A DNA stretch of 64,000 bases. Source: Gemmatimonadales bacterium. GTDB lineage: Bacteria > Gemmatimonadota > Gemmatimonadetes > Gemmatimonadales > GWC2-71-9. This document shows positions 49,253-58,947 of the stretch, in pieces. Both the position numbers and the translations under genes were made by a program. The DNA is taken from positions 127,125 through 191,124 of the forward strand of contig JBFJCP010000003.1 in assembly GCA_041615815.1 (NCBI GenBank). The letters are read 5' to 3'. A model generated the notes under the pieces. It ran no database searches, was not told the DNA's origin, and saw only the letters and a list, made by a program, of their open reading frames with translations. Numbering within the stretch: position 1 is the stretch's first letter; each line of letters begins with the position of its first letter.

Positions 49253-49652
49253 GCCTCCAGTTACCACTGTATGGACGGTGATGTTCGGCTGGGAGATTCA
49301 GGAACCCCCCAACCTGCAGGGCTCATCCACTCGGGACCGTAATCCCCGTCACAACGTTCCCGAGCCGCCGGGGAACCGCACCTGGCATCTTCCGGCGCGA
49401 CTCGTTGACCGGAAGGCCCGAGGGCCGGATGGGGATCTCTGGTCCCCATCCGGCCCAAGCATGAAGTCTAATGGGTGCGGATCACCGATCAAGGCCACGT
49501 CGCCAGCGCGGAGAGACCCGAATGGCGGGCCGGAGCCGACCCCGGGGTGGCATATCTCTCTGTAAATGCATAAGTTAGGGCGTTATTCGAGATCCCAGGA
49601 CGGAGTCACGAGCAGGACTCCGCTGAACGTATTCGGCAAGTGAGAGGAGCAG

Positions 49653-50678
49653 ATGAACAAGAAGGAGCTCAACCGCATTGCCCGGGAGCTCGTTGCCCCG
49701 GGGAAGGGCATCCTGGCCGCCGACGAGAGCTTTCCCACGATCGAGAAACGATTCAAGGCGATCAACATCCCGTCAACGGAGGAGAACCGGCGGGACTACC
49801 GGGAGCTGCTCTTTTCGACGCCCGAACTCGGGAAGTCCATTGGCGGCGTCATCCTGTTCGACGAGACGTTGCGGCAAAAGGCCCGGGACGGCACGCCGTT
49901 CCCCAAGCTGCTCGCCAAGCAGGGATCGATTCCGGGCATCAAGGTGGACAAGGGCGCGAAGGCACTCGCGGGATTCCCTGGTGAAAAGATCACCGAAGGG
50001 TTGGACGGTCTACGGGATCGGCTCGCGGAGTATCGTTCGCTTGGCGCTCGGTTCACCAAGTGGCGCGCGGTGATCACTATCGGGGACCGCATGCCGACCC
50101 GATTCTGCATCGACGCCAACGCGCATGCACTGGCCCGCTACGCGGCATTGAGCCAGGAAGTCGGTCTCGTCCCGATCGTCGAGCCGGAAGTGCTCATGGA
50201 CGGTGACCATACCATCGAGCGATGCGCCGAGGTCACCGAGACAACGCTCACGAGCGTCTTCTTCCACCTCCATGCTCACCGGGTGGTGCTCGAGGGAATG
50301 CTGCTCAAGCCGAACATGGTTATCGCAGGTAAAGCATGCCCGAAGCAGGCCGGAGTGCGCGAGGTCGCGACCGCCACGGTGCAGACACTAAGTCACGGGG
50401 TGCCGGCGGCGGTGCCTGGGATCGTATTTCTCTCCGGAGGACAGACCTCGGAGGTGGCCACTGCGCATCTGAACGCGATGAACGCTCTCGGCGAGCACCC
50501 GTGGCAGCTGAGTTTCTCCTATGGGCGCGCGCTCCAGGATGAGGCGTTGCGCGCATGGAGCGGGGCGGCGGCCAACCTCAAAGTCGCACAACGGGCCTTC
50601 GCCCATCGCGCAAAGTGTGTGAGTGCCGCGCGCTACGGGAAATACTCCAGGGAGATGGAAGTGACGGTAGCGGCGTAG
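49653..50678 (+). CDS. fba: Class I fructose-bisphosphate aldolase
   Basis: KGILAADES, GIKVDKG, PIVEPE, LLKPNMV, FLSGGQ, FSYGRALQ. Confidence 0.96.
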   Translation: MNKKELNRIARELVAPGKGILAADESFPTIEKRFKAINIPSTEENRRDYRELLFSTPELGKSIGGVILFDETLRQKARDGTPFPKLLAKQGSIPGIKVDKGAKALAGFPGEKITEGLDGLRDRLAEYRSLGARFTKWRAVITIGDRMPTRFCIDANAHALARYAALSQEVGLVPIVEPEVLMDGDHTIERCAEVTETTLTSVFFHLHAHRVVLEGMLLKPNMVIAGKACPKQAGVREVATATVQTLSHGVPAAVPGIVFLSGGQTSEVATAHLNAMNALGEHPWQLSFSYGRALQDEALRAWSGAAANLKVAQRAFAHRAKCVSAARYGKYSREMEVTVAA

Positions 50679-50784
50679 AAGCCGAACCATCTGGCCTGCC
50701 CCCCATTCACGGCTGCCACCCGGGGTTGCAGAGGCAGCGGGGGGCGGGTGGCACAGCAAGAGCAGCCTGTTCCTCCGTTGGGTC

Positions 50785-51510
50785 CTACAGTCTCGAGCGC
50801 AGGAATTCCGGAGTCAGACCCTGCAACCATCCCGCCAGTAGGGTGAAGTATCCCGTTATCAGGAGCAGCCCAACGAACACGAGGATTGCTCCTGCGATCT
50901 TCTCGGTCACACCCACGTAGCGACGGAATCTCTTGAACCATACGAGGAACTTCTCGATGGCGACGGCGGCGAGAAGAAATGGGAGCGCGAGCCCCATCGA
51001 GTAGAACAACAAGAGGACGATCCCCTCACCGAGACTGGCCTTGACGCTGGTAAACGTGAGGATGCCACCGAGGATGGGACCGATGCAGGGCGTCCAGCCG
51101 GCACCGAACGCCAGCCCAACCAGGGTGCTCCCCAGATATCCCACAGGCTTGTCCTGCAGATACACCCGGCGTTCCCGTGCGAGGGCTCCCCACCGAAAGA
51201 CTCCTAGGAGATAGAGGCCAAAAAAAACGATCAGCCCGCCACCGATTCTCTCGAGCCAGACGGAGTTTTGGTTGAGGAATCGCCCTAGTTGAGTGGCGGT
51301 GGCACCGAGGGCGAGAAAGATGAGCGTAAAGCCAATGATAAAAAACACCGCATGGGTGAGCGCGATCCGCCGCTTGGACTCGAGCTCGTCCAGCGAGAGA
51401 CCGGTAATGAACGAGACATAGCTGGGAACCAACGGGAGGACACAGGGCGAGAGAAAACTCAGGACACCCGCCACGAAGGCCACCACGAGTCCTACAGACT
51501 GGTTTTCCAT
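50785..51510 (-). CDS. ccdA: Cytochrome c biogenesis protein CcdA
   Basis: SFLSPCVLPLVP, GWTPCIGPIL. Confidence 0.94.
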   Translation of the reverse strand: MENQSVGLVVAFVAGVLSFLSPCVLPLVPSYVSFITGLSLDELESKRRIALTHAVFFIIGFTLIFLALGATATQLGRFLNQNSVWLERIGGGLIVFFGLYLLGVFRWGALARERRVYLQDKPVGYLGSTLVGLAFGAGWTPCIGPILGGILTFTSVKASLGEGIVLLLFYSMGLALPFLLAAVAIEKFLVWFKRFRRYVGVTEKIAGAILVFVGLLLITGYFTLLAGWLQGLTPEFLRSRL

Positions 51511-51531
51511 GCCGTCCCGATAACGATCAAC

Positions 51532-52479
51532 TCACGCGTTCGGTTCCGCGCTGGCGAGCGCGTGGAACGCAATGAGCTTGTAGGCGAGCTTCGCCGCGAG
51601 GACGTCGGGCGCTACGAAACCGAAAATGGGAGCGAGCTCCACCACATCGCACCCCACCACATGTTTCTCGCGAAAGACCCGCTCCAGTAGTTGCAGCGTG
51701 GGGTACCAGTGTCCGCCACCGGGCTCTGGAGTCCCTGTGGAGGGAATCAGGGCCGGGTCGAAATAGTCGATATCGATGGTGATGTACACGAGGTCTCCCA
51801 GGCTGGCCAGTGCCCGATCGATCCATCCCTCCTCGTGAAGCTCGTAGCCGAAGATGACGGGAATCGCATTCGCGCGCGTCAATGCCCGTTCGTCAGCCGT
51901 CATCGACCGGATCCCTACGGGGACGAGCTGGACGCGTTCGTGTACGCGATACATCGCACACGCGTGCGAGTGCGGCGTTCCCTCGTATTCCGATCGGAGA
52001 TCCGTGTGCGCGTCGAGCTGTAGGACGGACAAGGTCCCGGCCGGGTGGCGATCGGCATGGGCGAGGATCGCCGGTGCCGAGATGCTGTGCTCGCCACCGA
52101 TCATGATGACGAACTTGCCGGCGTTCACCAGTCCGGCCACGGCTTGGCCCACCTGTGTCATGGCCGTCTCGGGTCCCGCCCCGGAAGGCACCAGCTCCGG
52201 CAGCGTGTGGACGCCAATTCGATACGGTTCGAAATCGAGTTCGTGATCGTACAGTTCGAGGAACCGCGAGGCATGGATCACGCTACGGGGTCCGAACCGC
52301 GTCCCGCCCATATACGAGACCGTCGCCTCGTACGGTACGGGTAAGATCACAACTGGTGCCCGTTCGAAAGGGACGTCGTCTGGGGGTATCCCCAGGAACG
52401 TCTCCGGTGGGGCCCACGGAAGTGCGTCCATCGTCCGCGGAAGTCCGGCTGGCGCGCCCCGATCGCGGAATTCGTTCAC
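51532..52479 (-). CDS. speB: Agmatinase
   Basis: GGEHS, DAHTD, SHAC, DIDYFDP..TGTPEPGG; GTGA coupling to pdaD. Confidence 0.93.
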   Translation of the reverse strand: MNEFRDRGAPAGLPRTMDALPWAPPETFLGIPPDDVPFERAPVVILPVPYEATVSYMGGTRFGPRSVIHASRFLELYDHELDFEPYRIGVHTLPELVPSGAGPETAMTQVGQAVAGLVNAGKFVIMIGGEHSISAPAILAHADRHPAGTLSVLQLDAHTDLRSEYEGTPHSHACAMYRVHERVQLVPVGIRSMTADERALTRANAIPVIFGYELHEEGWIDRALASLGDLVYITIDIDYFDPALIPSTGTPEPGGGHWYPTLQLLERVFREKHVVGCDVVELAPIFGFVAPDVLAAKLAYKLIAFHALASAEPNA

Positions 52480-53036
52480 CCGCAAAACACCACGGCGGCC
52501 ACCACCGTCACCCACCGGCCATCGTCCTGAGCCTCTGCCGTACAACTGATGTTCGTGGTATCGACGATCTCGCCGGACAGGAGCCACTGTTCCTTTCGCT
52601 GGTCCCAGGCCTGGTCCGGGTCGAACGGCACGCCGAGGACGGTGGCCAACATCGAGGCAGCGAGATCTTCGGCGTAGTCGCCGGCCGGCTCTCGGCGTTG
52701 TCCAAACGCATGGTGCTCAGAAATGTATCCGTGGTGATTGGCATCGGCCGGTATTGCCAGTCCGATGGCGGCGGCCGCCAGGCGTGAAGGCTCGTTGGTC
52801 GCGGCTTCGGCGACCACCGCGAACACCACTTGCCCCGGCACGAGCACTCTGATGCCCTCGTCGGCCGAGAGCAGTTGGCAGTGCGGCGGCCATATCGAGC
52901 TCACCCGCACGAGGTTGTACTGCGCGATCTTGGCGTCTCGGAGTGCCAACTCGAAGCTCGTCAGCTTTTCGCGGTGACGACCGACCCCCTTCGTGACAAA
53001 TGCGCGGGTGGGCACAAAGGTCTGCGGATCAATCAC
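52476..53036 (-). CDS. pdaD: Pyruvoyl-dependent arginine decarboxylase
   Basis: SFELALRDA, NLVRVSSI (Ser-Ser cleavage site), GYISE, AEDLAASMLAT. Confidence 0.92.
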   Translation of the reverse strand: MIDPQTFVPTRAFVTKGVGRHREKLTSFELALRDAKIAQYNLVRVSSIWPPHCQLLSADEGIRVLVPGQVVFAVVAEAATNEPSRLAAAAIGLAIPADANHHGYISEHHAFGQRREPAGDYAEDLAASMLATVLGVPFDPDQAWDQRKEQWLLSGEIVDTTNISCTAEAQDDGRWVTVVAAVVFCG

Positions 53037-53541
53037 GGCGCCGATCCTCGTGTTGAGTGGTGGCAGCCCCGAGTGTCTCGGCGTCGCGCCGCTGACATTG
53101 CTGGCAAATACCGTAGATCTCAAGGCGGTGATGATGATAGCGGAAACCATACTCCTCCGCGATGAGCGATTTCATACGCTCGAGGCGCTCGCTCGAGAAC
53201 TCCACCACCTTGCCGCACTCGATGCAGATCAGGTGCTCGTGGTGGCTCTGGGCCGCAGCGGGCTCATAGCGCTTGAACCCCTCGCCGAAATCGTGCTCCT
53301 GTACCACGCCGGCGCTGACCAGGAGATCCAGTGTCCGATAGACCGTGGCCTTCCCCACATGCACGTTGCGGCTTCGCAAATGCCGCTCGATGTCGCCCAC
53401 CGACAGGTGGGCATCCGCAAACAGAATTGTCTCCGCAATGGCTTCGCGTTGAAGGGTGACCGGCAAATTGTGATCCCGCAGGTAGCCCCGAAAAACCTCC
53501 AAGAGCGCGTGTCCATCAACCTTCGGTGGCGGGCTCGTCAT
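53029..53541 (-). CDS. fur: Fur-family transcriptional regulator
   Basis: TLQR, ATVYRTLDLL, HHEHLICIECG, YGICQQC. Confidence 0.92.
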   Translation of the reverse strand: MTSPPPKVDGHALLEVFRGYLRDHNLPVTLQREAIAETILFADAHLSVGDIERHLRSRNVHVGKATVYRTLDLLVSAGVVQEHDFGEGFKRYEPAAAQSHHEHLICIECGKVVEFSSERLERMKSLIAEEYGFRYHHHRLEIYGICQQCQRRDAETLGAATTQHEDRRRD

Positions 53542-53926
53542 CCTCGTCTCCGTACCAGGCGTCGCGCGGGATCTCCAGGGGAGGCTCCGCCTCGCCGGCT
53601 CGTTCTTGCACTCCTGCGATGATCTCCCGTACGACCTCCTCCGGTCCTTCACCCACCTCTTCGATGGTGATGCGGTGTTGCCCCCGCTCCGGACCCCCTG
53701 TGACGATCACATAGCTCGCGGTGTAGATACGACGCCGATCCTGCTCCGCCACGCGGGCCACGATGGCGGTTCCCCACTCGCGATCCTCGTGACGGAGCGG
53801 CGCGAACAGCCAGATCCCATGGACTTCTGACGGTGGAATATGCTCGGCCAGCGCCCGTGCTACTCGAGACCATCCGACACCGGCTTCCGGGGGTCTCGCC
53901 ATGCCCGCAGGTGCTGGCCTCGTCAT
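53516..53926 (-). CDS. Hypothetical protein
   Basis: Natural-looking sequence (IWLFAPLR..REWGTA); overlaps the fur start. Confidence 0.75.
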   Translation of the reverse strand: MTRPAPAGMARPPEAGVGWSRVARALAEHIPPSEVHGIWLFAPLRHEDREWGTAIVARVAEQDRRRIYTASYVIVTGGPERGQHRITIEEVGEGPEEVVREIIAGVQERAGEAEPPLEIPRDAWYGDEDDEPATEG

Positions 53927-54100
53927 CGCCCGACGGAAATGCGGTCCACGAGCACAACGCGCACGGCGTTTTGCACTTTGTCACCCGCTTGTCGAAGAAT
54001 CGTCGTCACGCCACGCGGATGCGAGGCGGTCCTCACCTGGCACCAACGGAGAGGCCGGCAAACCGAAACAAAACCATCGGGGAGGACCGCATCGGCTCGC

Positions 54101-54178
54101 TCATACACCCCAGGGAAGGAAGGTGCTGGGGCGCGCCGGCACCAGGTCATCAGGCCGCTCTGGGACAGATGGGCGCAT
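54101..54178 (-). CDS. Candidate 25-aa leader peptide MRPSVPERPDDLVPARPSTFLPWGV
   Basis: GAGGAG 4 nt before the ATG, just downstream of a well-spaced promoter. Confidence 0.4.
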   Translation of the reverse strand: MRPSVPERPDDLVPARPSTFLPWGV

Positions 54179-54200
54179 CCGTCTCCTCGGTGAAGGCGGG

Positions 54201-54229
54201 AAGATAGGAAACGTGAGAACGGGTTTCAA
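54201..54229 (-). promoter_or_regulatory. Candidate sigma70 promoter
   Basis: TTGAAA-N17-TATCTT immediately after the priA stop. Confidence 0.65.
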
Positions 54230-54233
54230 CCCA

Positions 54234-56660
54234 TCACAATAATGAGATCGGATCACGATCGAAGACCACCCGCACCGAGCTCGGACGGGTATGCGGGGCA
54301 CGACGCGCCGCGTACCGCACCACTCGGCCCAGCCAGCGCCGGTCCGATGCCCGAAGCACGACGTGCCACCGCCAGCGACGCTTCAACCGGGCGAGCGGCG
54401 CCGGTGCCGGACCGATGACCTCCACCACGCCTGGCGCCTGGGTGCGTATCAATTCGCGGATCCAATCCCCCACTTCGACGGCGGCGGTGGCGACGGCATC
54501 CTCCGCATGGCCGCTGATGAGCACGTTCACGAGGCCCACATGCGGCGGGTACGGGGGCGATCGCCGCGCCAGCAACTCCTGCTCGGCAAAGCCCTCGAAG
54601 TCATGCTCGGCCGCTGCCGCCAGCGCCGCATGCTCGGGTGTGCGCGTCTGCACGAGGACTCGGCCACCCGCCGGGCCGCGCCCCGCACGCCCCGACACTT
54701 GCGCGATCAGTTGAAACGTCCGCTCGGCCGCACGAAAGTCCGGTAGATGCAACCCCGTGTCGGCGTCTACGACCCCCACCAAGGTGACGCCCGGAAAGTC
54801 CAACCCTTTGGCGATCATCTGCGTGCCGAATAACAGATCGACCTCGCGCCGTCCCACCGCATTCAGGATTCGACGGTGCGACCACTTTCGCGACGTGGTA
54901 TCAGCGTCCATCCGGGCGAACCGCGCCCGAGGAAATCGCTCCGCCAGCCATCGTTCCAGCTGTTGCGTCCCGATCCCTCGCGTTCGATGCGTGGCGCCAC
55001 CGCACTGGGGACACACCTCCAGCACGGGCTCATCATGCCCGCAGTAGTGACACCGCAGCCCCGCGGGAGTGTGGTGCACGGTCAGGGATATACTACAGGA
55101 CGGACACTCCGGCACAGCACCGCATTCGTGACACTGGAGGAAGTGCGCAAACCCGCGGCGATTCAGCAGGAGAATGGCTTGCTGTCCGGCGTGCAAGGTG
55201 TGTTCCACCGCCGTATCCAGGATCCGCGACCACGGAAGGGGACCACTGTCTCCCACGCGATCCGTCTTTCGCAGATCCACGAGCTCCACGGGGGGCATGG
55301 GGCGGGCTCCTACCCGGCTCGGCAACCGGATCGTCACCATCCGATCTCGCACGGCCCACGTCTCCAACGACGGGGTCGCGCTGCCGAGGATGGCGTGGGC
55401 GCCGTCGATGCGGGCGCGCCTGAGCGCCACATCTCGGGCATGATACCGCGGCGCCTCTGCATGTTTGTAACTCCCGTCGTGCTCCTCGTCGACCACGATG
55501 GCCGCCAGTTTGCTGACGGGCGCAAACACCGCGGATCGGGCACCCACCGCCACACGCCGCTCCCCAGTGGCCAACGCACGCCAGGCGTCCACCCGCTCGG
55601 CGTCGGACAACCCGCTGTGGAGGACGGCCACGTGAGCACCGAAGGCGCCGCGAACCCGCGCGATGGTCTGCGGCGTGAGAGCGATCTCCGGCACCAGCAC
55701 AATGGCACCCCACCCGCCGGCGACCTGCGCTCGCAGCGCCTCGAGGTACACGAGGGTCTTCCCACTGCCGGTGACGCCGAAGACCACGGCGGCCTTGCCG
55801 GGATCGAGGTGGGCGATGGCATCGATGGCACCCCGCTGGTCGGCCGAGGGGCTCGCGGGCGGCGCCTCCTCGACGTCCGCAAAGGGATCGCGGAGTTGCG
55901 TGCGCTCCTCGATCTGGCCGACGCCCCGCGCGACCAAGCCCTTGACCACCGACGCGGAGAAGCCAAGCTGTTCTCGCAGATGGCGAATGGTCGCCTCGCC
56001 GCCGAGGGCGTCGACGGCCTCGTATGCCTCGCGCTGCCGCCGAGCTCGGCCAAACAGCCGATCCCGTTCCAACAATGAGGGGAGCGCGCGTGTCAGCCGC
56101 AGTACCCGGATCGTACCCGCCGCCGGGCCGAGATTCGGCGGCTCGGTGCGCAGCACGACGGCCCCGCTCCGGGCCAAGCGCTGGAGCGCATTCCACACGG
56201 GACGATTGAGCGCGCGACGGAGTCCGCCCGCGGTGTCTTCGCCGCCCGCCCGACGGAGCGCTTCGAACACGGTGCGAGCCGCACCCGCCGGCACGTCCGA
56301 TCCGTTCGCGAGTTGCGCCACGATCCGCGAGGCCCCCCAGAACCCCGGAGGGAGCATGGCCCGCAGAACGAGCCCAATGGGCGTCACATAGTAGCTGGCC
56401 ATCCAATCGGCGAGTTCGAGGAGCGACCCCGGCACGAGCGGCGTCGGATCGGGGGCCAAGAGCAGGGATTTCAGGTCCTCGCGAGGATCGCCACCCGTCG
56501 CGATGACCACCCCAACGAGCTCACGGTTCCTGACAGGAACGACCACCCGGGTCCCGGGTCGGATGCGCTCCTCGAGCTCCGGAGGGACGGCGTAGTGGTA
56601 AGCGCGTGCGATGGGAAGGGGGAGCGCGACCGCACACACGGTCGACGCAGCAACGGTCAC
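54234..56660 (-). CDS. priA: Primosomal protein N' (replication restart helicase)
   Basis: GVTGSGKT, LVPEIALTPQ, DEEHD, LNRRGF, Cys-rich region, GTQMIAKGLDFP. Confidence 0.97.
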   Translation of the reverse strand: MTVAASTVCAVALPLPIARAYHYAVPPELEERIRPGTRVVVPVRNRELVGVVIATGGDPREDLKSLLLAPDPTPLVPGSLLELADWMASYYVTPIGLVLRAMLPPGFWGASRIVAQLANGSDVPAGAARTVFEALRRAGGEDTAGGLRRALNRPVWNALQRLARSGAVVLRTEPPNLGPAAGTIRVLRLTRALPSLLERDRLFGRARRQREAYEAVDALGGEATIRHLREQLGFSASVVKGLVARGVGQIEERTQLRDPFADVEEAPPASPSADQRGAIDAIAHLDPGKAAVVFGVTGSGKTLVYLEALRAQVAGGWGAIVLVPEIALTPQTIARVRGAFGAHVAVLHSGLSDAERVDAWRALATGERRVAVGARSAVFAPVSKLAAIVVDEEHDGSYKHAEAPRYHARDVALRRARIDGAHAILGSATPSLETWAVRDRMVTIRLPSRVGARPMPPVELVDLRKTDRVGDSGPLPWSRILDTAVEHTLHAGQQAILLLNRRGFAHFLQCHECGAVPECPSCSISLTVHHTPAGLRCHYCGHDEPVLEVCPQCGGATHRTRGIGTQQLERWLAERFPRARFARMDADTTSRKWSHRRILNAVGRREVDLLFGTQMIAKGLDFPGVTLVGVVDADTGLHLPDFRAAERTFQLIAQVSGRAGRGPAGGRVLVQTRTPEHAALAAAAEHDFEGFAEQELLARRSPPYPPHVGLVNVLISGHAEDAVATAAVEVGDWIRELIRTQAPGVVEVIGPAPAPLARLKRRWRWHVVLRASDRRWLGRVVRYAARRAPHTRPSSVRVVFDRDPISLL

Positions 56661-56661
56661 T

Positions 56662-57408
56662 TCACGCTCCTTGGTCCTGCCAACGATGGCCCTTGATGAT
56701 CGACAGCCCCAGGGTCCGCGCGAGCGCCAGCGACCGCAGTGTGCGTACCTCCCGACTCAACACGGTCCGTAATCCCGCCCATCGGGCGGCCCGCCAACCT
56801 CGCAGGAGCAACCCCACCCAGCCAGCGGCAATCCAGCCTCCGTCACGGGAGGCATTTTCCACCGCAAGCTCCACGAGGCCGGCCTCGCGGCACGCACTCT
56901 TCCACTCGACCAGGAGTCGGGGTGCGATCCCGAGCGTCCTCAGGGCCGCTGCGGCCTCGTCGTCGGCCGCGCTCAGCCAGGACGGGACGAGGACGACCAC
57001 CGGGCTCATGGGCCGGGTGACCCTGGCCACCTCACGGAGCACCTTGCCGCCGTCAGTCCCCGGCAGTTGCAGCATCTGCACGATGGCGACGTCGAAGACC
57101 TGCCGCTCATGAGGGAGGTCTTCTGCGTTTGCCCGTTGGAACGTGACGGAGCCACTGAGTCCGGCGGCCCGCGCCGTCCGCTCGGCCGTCTCGATGGCGC
57201 GAGGATCCGGATCGATACCGGCCACGTGCGTTTGGAACCGCTTGGCCCACCAGAGCGCCGCCGCGCCCGATCCGCTCCCGACCCACAATACCTCCTGACC
57301 GCTCTCCACGCCGATCAGCTGGCCGAGCCGACGATTGATCGGTTCGTTGACCTCGGCCCAGGGTTGCAGGATGGCGAGGAGGGTGGTGGGGGACAGCCGG
57401 CGTGGCAT
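56662..57408 (-). CDS. Class I SAM-dependent methyltransferase
   Basis: VLWVGSGSG, VAGIDPD, ANAEDLP..FD. Confidence 0.82.
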   Translation of the reverse strand: MPRRLSPTTLLAILQPWAEVNEPINRRLGQLIGVESGQEVLWVGSGSGAAALWWAKRFQTHVAGIDPDPRAIETAERTARAAGLSGSVTFQRANAEDLPHERQVFDVAIVQMLQLPGTDGGKVLREVARVTRPMSPVVVLVPSWLSAADDEAAAALRTLGIAPRLLVEWKSACREAGLVELAVENASRDGGWIAAGWVGLLLRGWRAARWAGLRTVLSREVRTLRSLALARTLGLSIIKGHRWQDQGA

Positions 57409-57418
57409 GGCGGCAAAC

Positions 57419-58318
57419 TTACGCGAGCGCCCGAAGGTGGGCTACCGACGCAGCCGCGATGCGGTCAGGCACATATCCGCCCTCGAGAACCGACGCGATC
57501 GGAACCGCCAGCGCCCGGAAATGCTCGATCCACTGCGCATAATGCTCCGGCTCCAAGGTGAATCCCGCCAGGGGATCCCCGGCCAGGGCGTCGAATCCGG
57601 CGGAGATCAGCAAGAGCTGGGGGGCCCAGCTCTCCGTCGCCGCATGGACTGCCGTCATCAGATCGTCCACGTACCGCTCTGGCGTGAGTCCTGGTGGTCG
57701 CGGCACGTTGAAGATGTTCCCCACCCCTCGCTCCTCCGCCCGGCCGGTCCCGGGATAGAGCGGCCACTGATGTAGTGACACGTACCGAATCCGCGGATCG
57801 TGCTCCACCAGGGCTTGGGTTCCATTGCCGTGGTGAACGTCCCAATCCACGATGAGGACACGTTCGAGTCCCCGCTCGTCGACCGCCCATCGGGCGGCAA
57901 CGGTGACGTTGTTGAGCAGACAAAAGCCCATGGCCTGATCGGCGGTGGCGTGGTGACCGGGAGGCCGGATGGGCGCGAAGGCGGGCGCATCATCGAGTGC
58001 GAGCGCCGCTGCACCGATGGCCGCACCGGCCGCCCGACATGCCGCGTCCCAGCTCTGGGCGTTCATCGCGGTGTCGCTATCCAACCACCCGCCACCGCTT
58101 GCGGCCACGGTCGCGAGCCGATCGAGATAGGACGCCGCATGGACGCGTTCCAAGACACCGCGTGGCGCAGCGTCGGCTTCGTGCCACACGAGCTCATGGG
58201 CCGGCCGCCACGCTCTGAGGGCCCGCCAGACCGCTTCGACGCGCGCCGCCGACTCGGGATGACCCACACCGACGGAGTGAAGCGCCGTGGAGGGATGCCA
58301 GACAATATGGAGCGTCAC
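57419..58318 (-). CDS. Histone deacetylase family amidohydrolase
   Basis: HPE, RPPGHHA, GFCLLNN, DWDVHHGNGT, SAGFD, LEGGY. Confidence 0.95.
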   Translation of the reverse strand: MTLHIVWHPSTALHSVGVGHPESAARVEAVWRALRAWRPAHELVWHEADAAPRGVLERVHAASYLDRLATVAASGGGWLDSDTAMNAQSWDAACRAAGAAIGAAALALDDAPAFAPIRPPGHHATADQAMGFCLLNNVTVAARWAVDERGLERVLIVDWDVHHGNGTQALVEHDPRIRYVSLHQWPLYPGTGRAEERGVGNIFNVPRPPGLTPERYVDDLMTAVHAATESWAPQLLLISAGFDALAGDPLAGFTLEPEHYAQWIEHFRALAVPIASVLEGGYVPDRIAAASVAHLRALA

Positions 58319-58339
58319 GCGGTGACGTCGGTGTGCAAC

Positions 58340-58612
58340 TTACCGTACCGGCTGTCGGCGGGTCAGAAGGACAATCAGCGGAGCGCCGTTCGGCGCGAGC
58401 ATATCTCCCAGTGTTTGCGTCTCGTCGGCAATCAGCGCGCCGCGGAACTTGACTTCGTAACGGGCCGGGGAGACGGTGCGCCCCGTGGCCTGCTCCAATG
58501 CGGCCACCTTGACCTTGGCGATGGTCCACTCCGGCGTGACGTCGAGATCGACCATGTCCCACACCTGTGGGACCCAAACCCGCACCCGGAGATTCGAGGG
58601 CGCCGTCGTCAT
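58340..58612 (-). CDS. Small ubiquitin-like (beta-grasp) protein
   Basis: LDVTPEWTIAKVK..VKFRGALIADETQTLGD..NGAPLIV parallels ubiquitin LEVEPSDTIENVK..LIFAGKQLEDGRTLSD..STLHL. Confidence 0.72.
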   Translation of the reverse strand: MTTAPSNLRVRVWVPQVWDMVDLDVTPEWTIAKVKVAALEQATGRTVSPARYEVKFRGALIADETQTLGDMLAPNGAPLIVLLTRRQPVR

Positions 58613-58881
58613 GTGACGTCGTTTTCCACGGTCGGCAACGTCGAGAAGAACCGGCCAATGGCCTGATCGAAAAAGAGCGTAGAAGCGCGGACGCGTGTTC
58701 CCTGCGGCACCTCGAACACCGCGATGGTCAATTCTTCCCCACCCTGACCGCGGAAGGTCGCGTAGCGCGGCCCTTCTTGTTCGAGAAAGGCTCCGTGGTG
58801 CGGAATCCGCTCTGCAAAGAACTCTTTCGCGCGCGCGATGACCGCTCGGTGATCGAGGCTCGTCATGGTTTCATGCGTCAT
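58609..58881 (-). CDS. Small hypothetical protein
   Basis: ATGA coupling to the next gene; natural composition (FRGQGGEE). Confidence 0.75.
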   Translation of the reverse strand: MTHETMTSLDHRAVIARAKEFFAERIPHHGAFLEQEGPRYATFRGQGGEELTIAVFEVPQGTRVRASTLFFDQAIGRFFSTLPTVENDVT

Positions 58882-58947
58882 GAGTCAGATCCTACCGTCG
58901 TGTCCATGCATCCCTCACGCCAAACGTATCGGTGAACGCAGCCACGT

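Noticed and set aside
49268..49652. ncRNA or small gene in the 385-bp divergent gap; ECF-like GGAAC-N17-GGTC on the minus strand near 49335-49360
   Set aside because: No convincing structure or coding signal; the promoter match is too weak to call
54055..54080. GGCAAACC-GAAA resembling a c-di-GMP-I riboswitch
   Set aside because: Wrong strand for the operon, and the stem closure and second hairpin are missing
53923..54150. 75-aa ORF whose stop overlaps the next start (ATGA), and an antizyme-like CC-UGA frameshift idea
   Set aside because: No SD and an unnatural-looking sequence; the UGA frame has no upstream start codon
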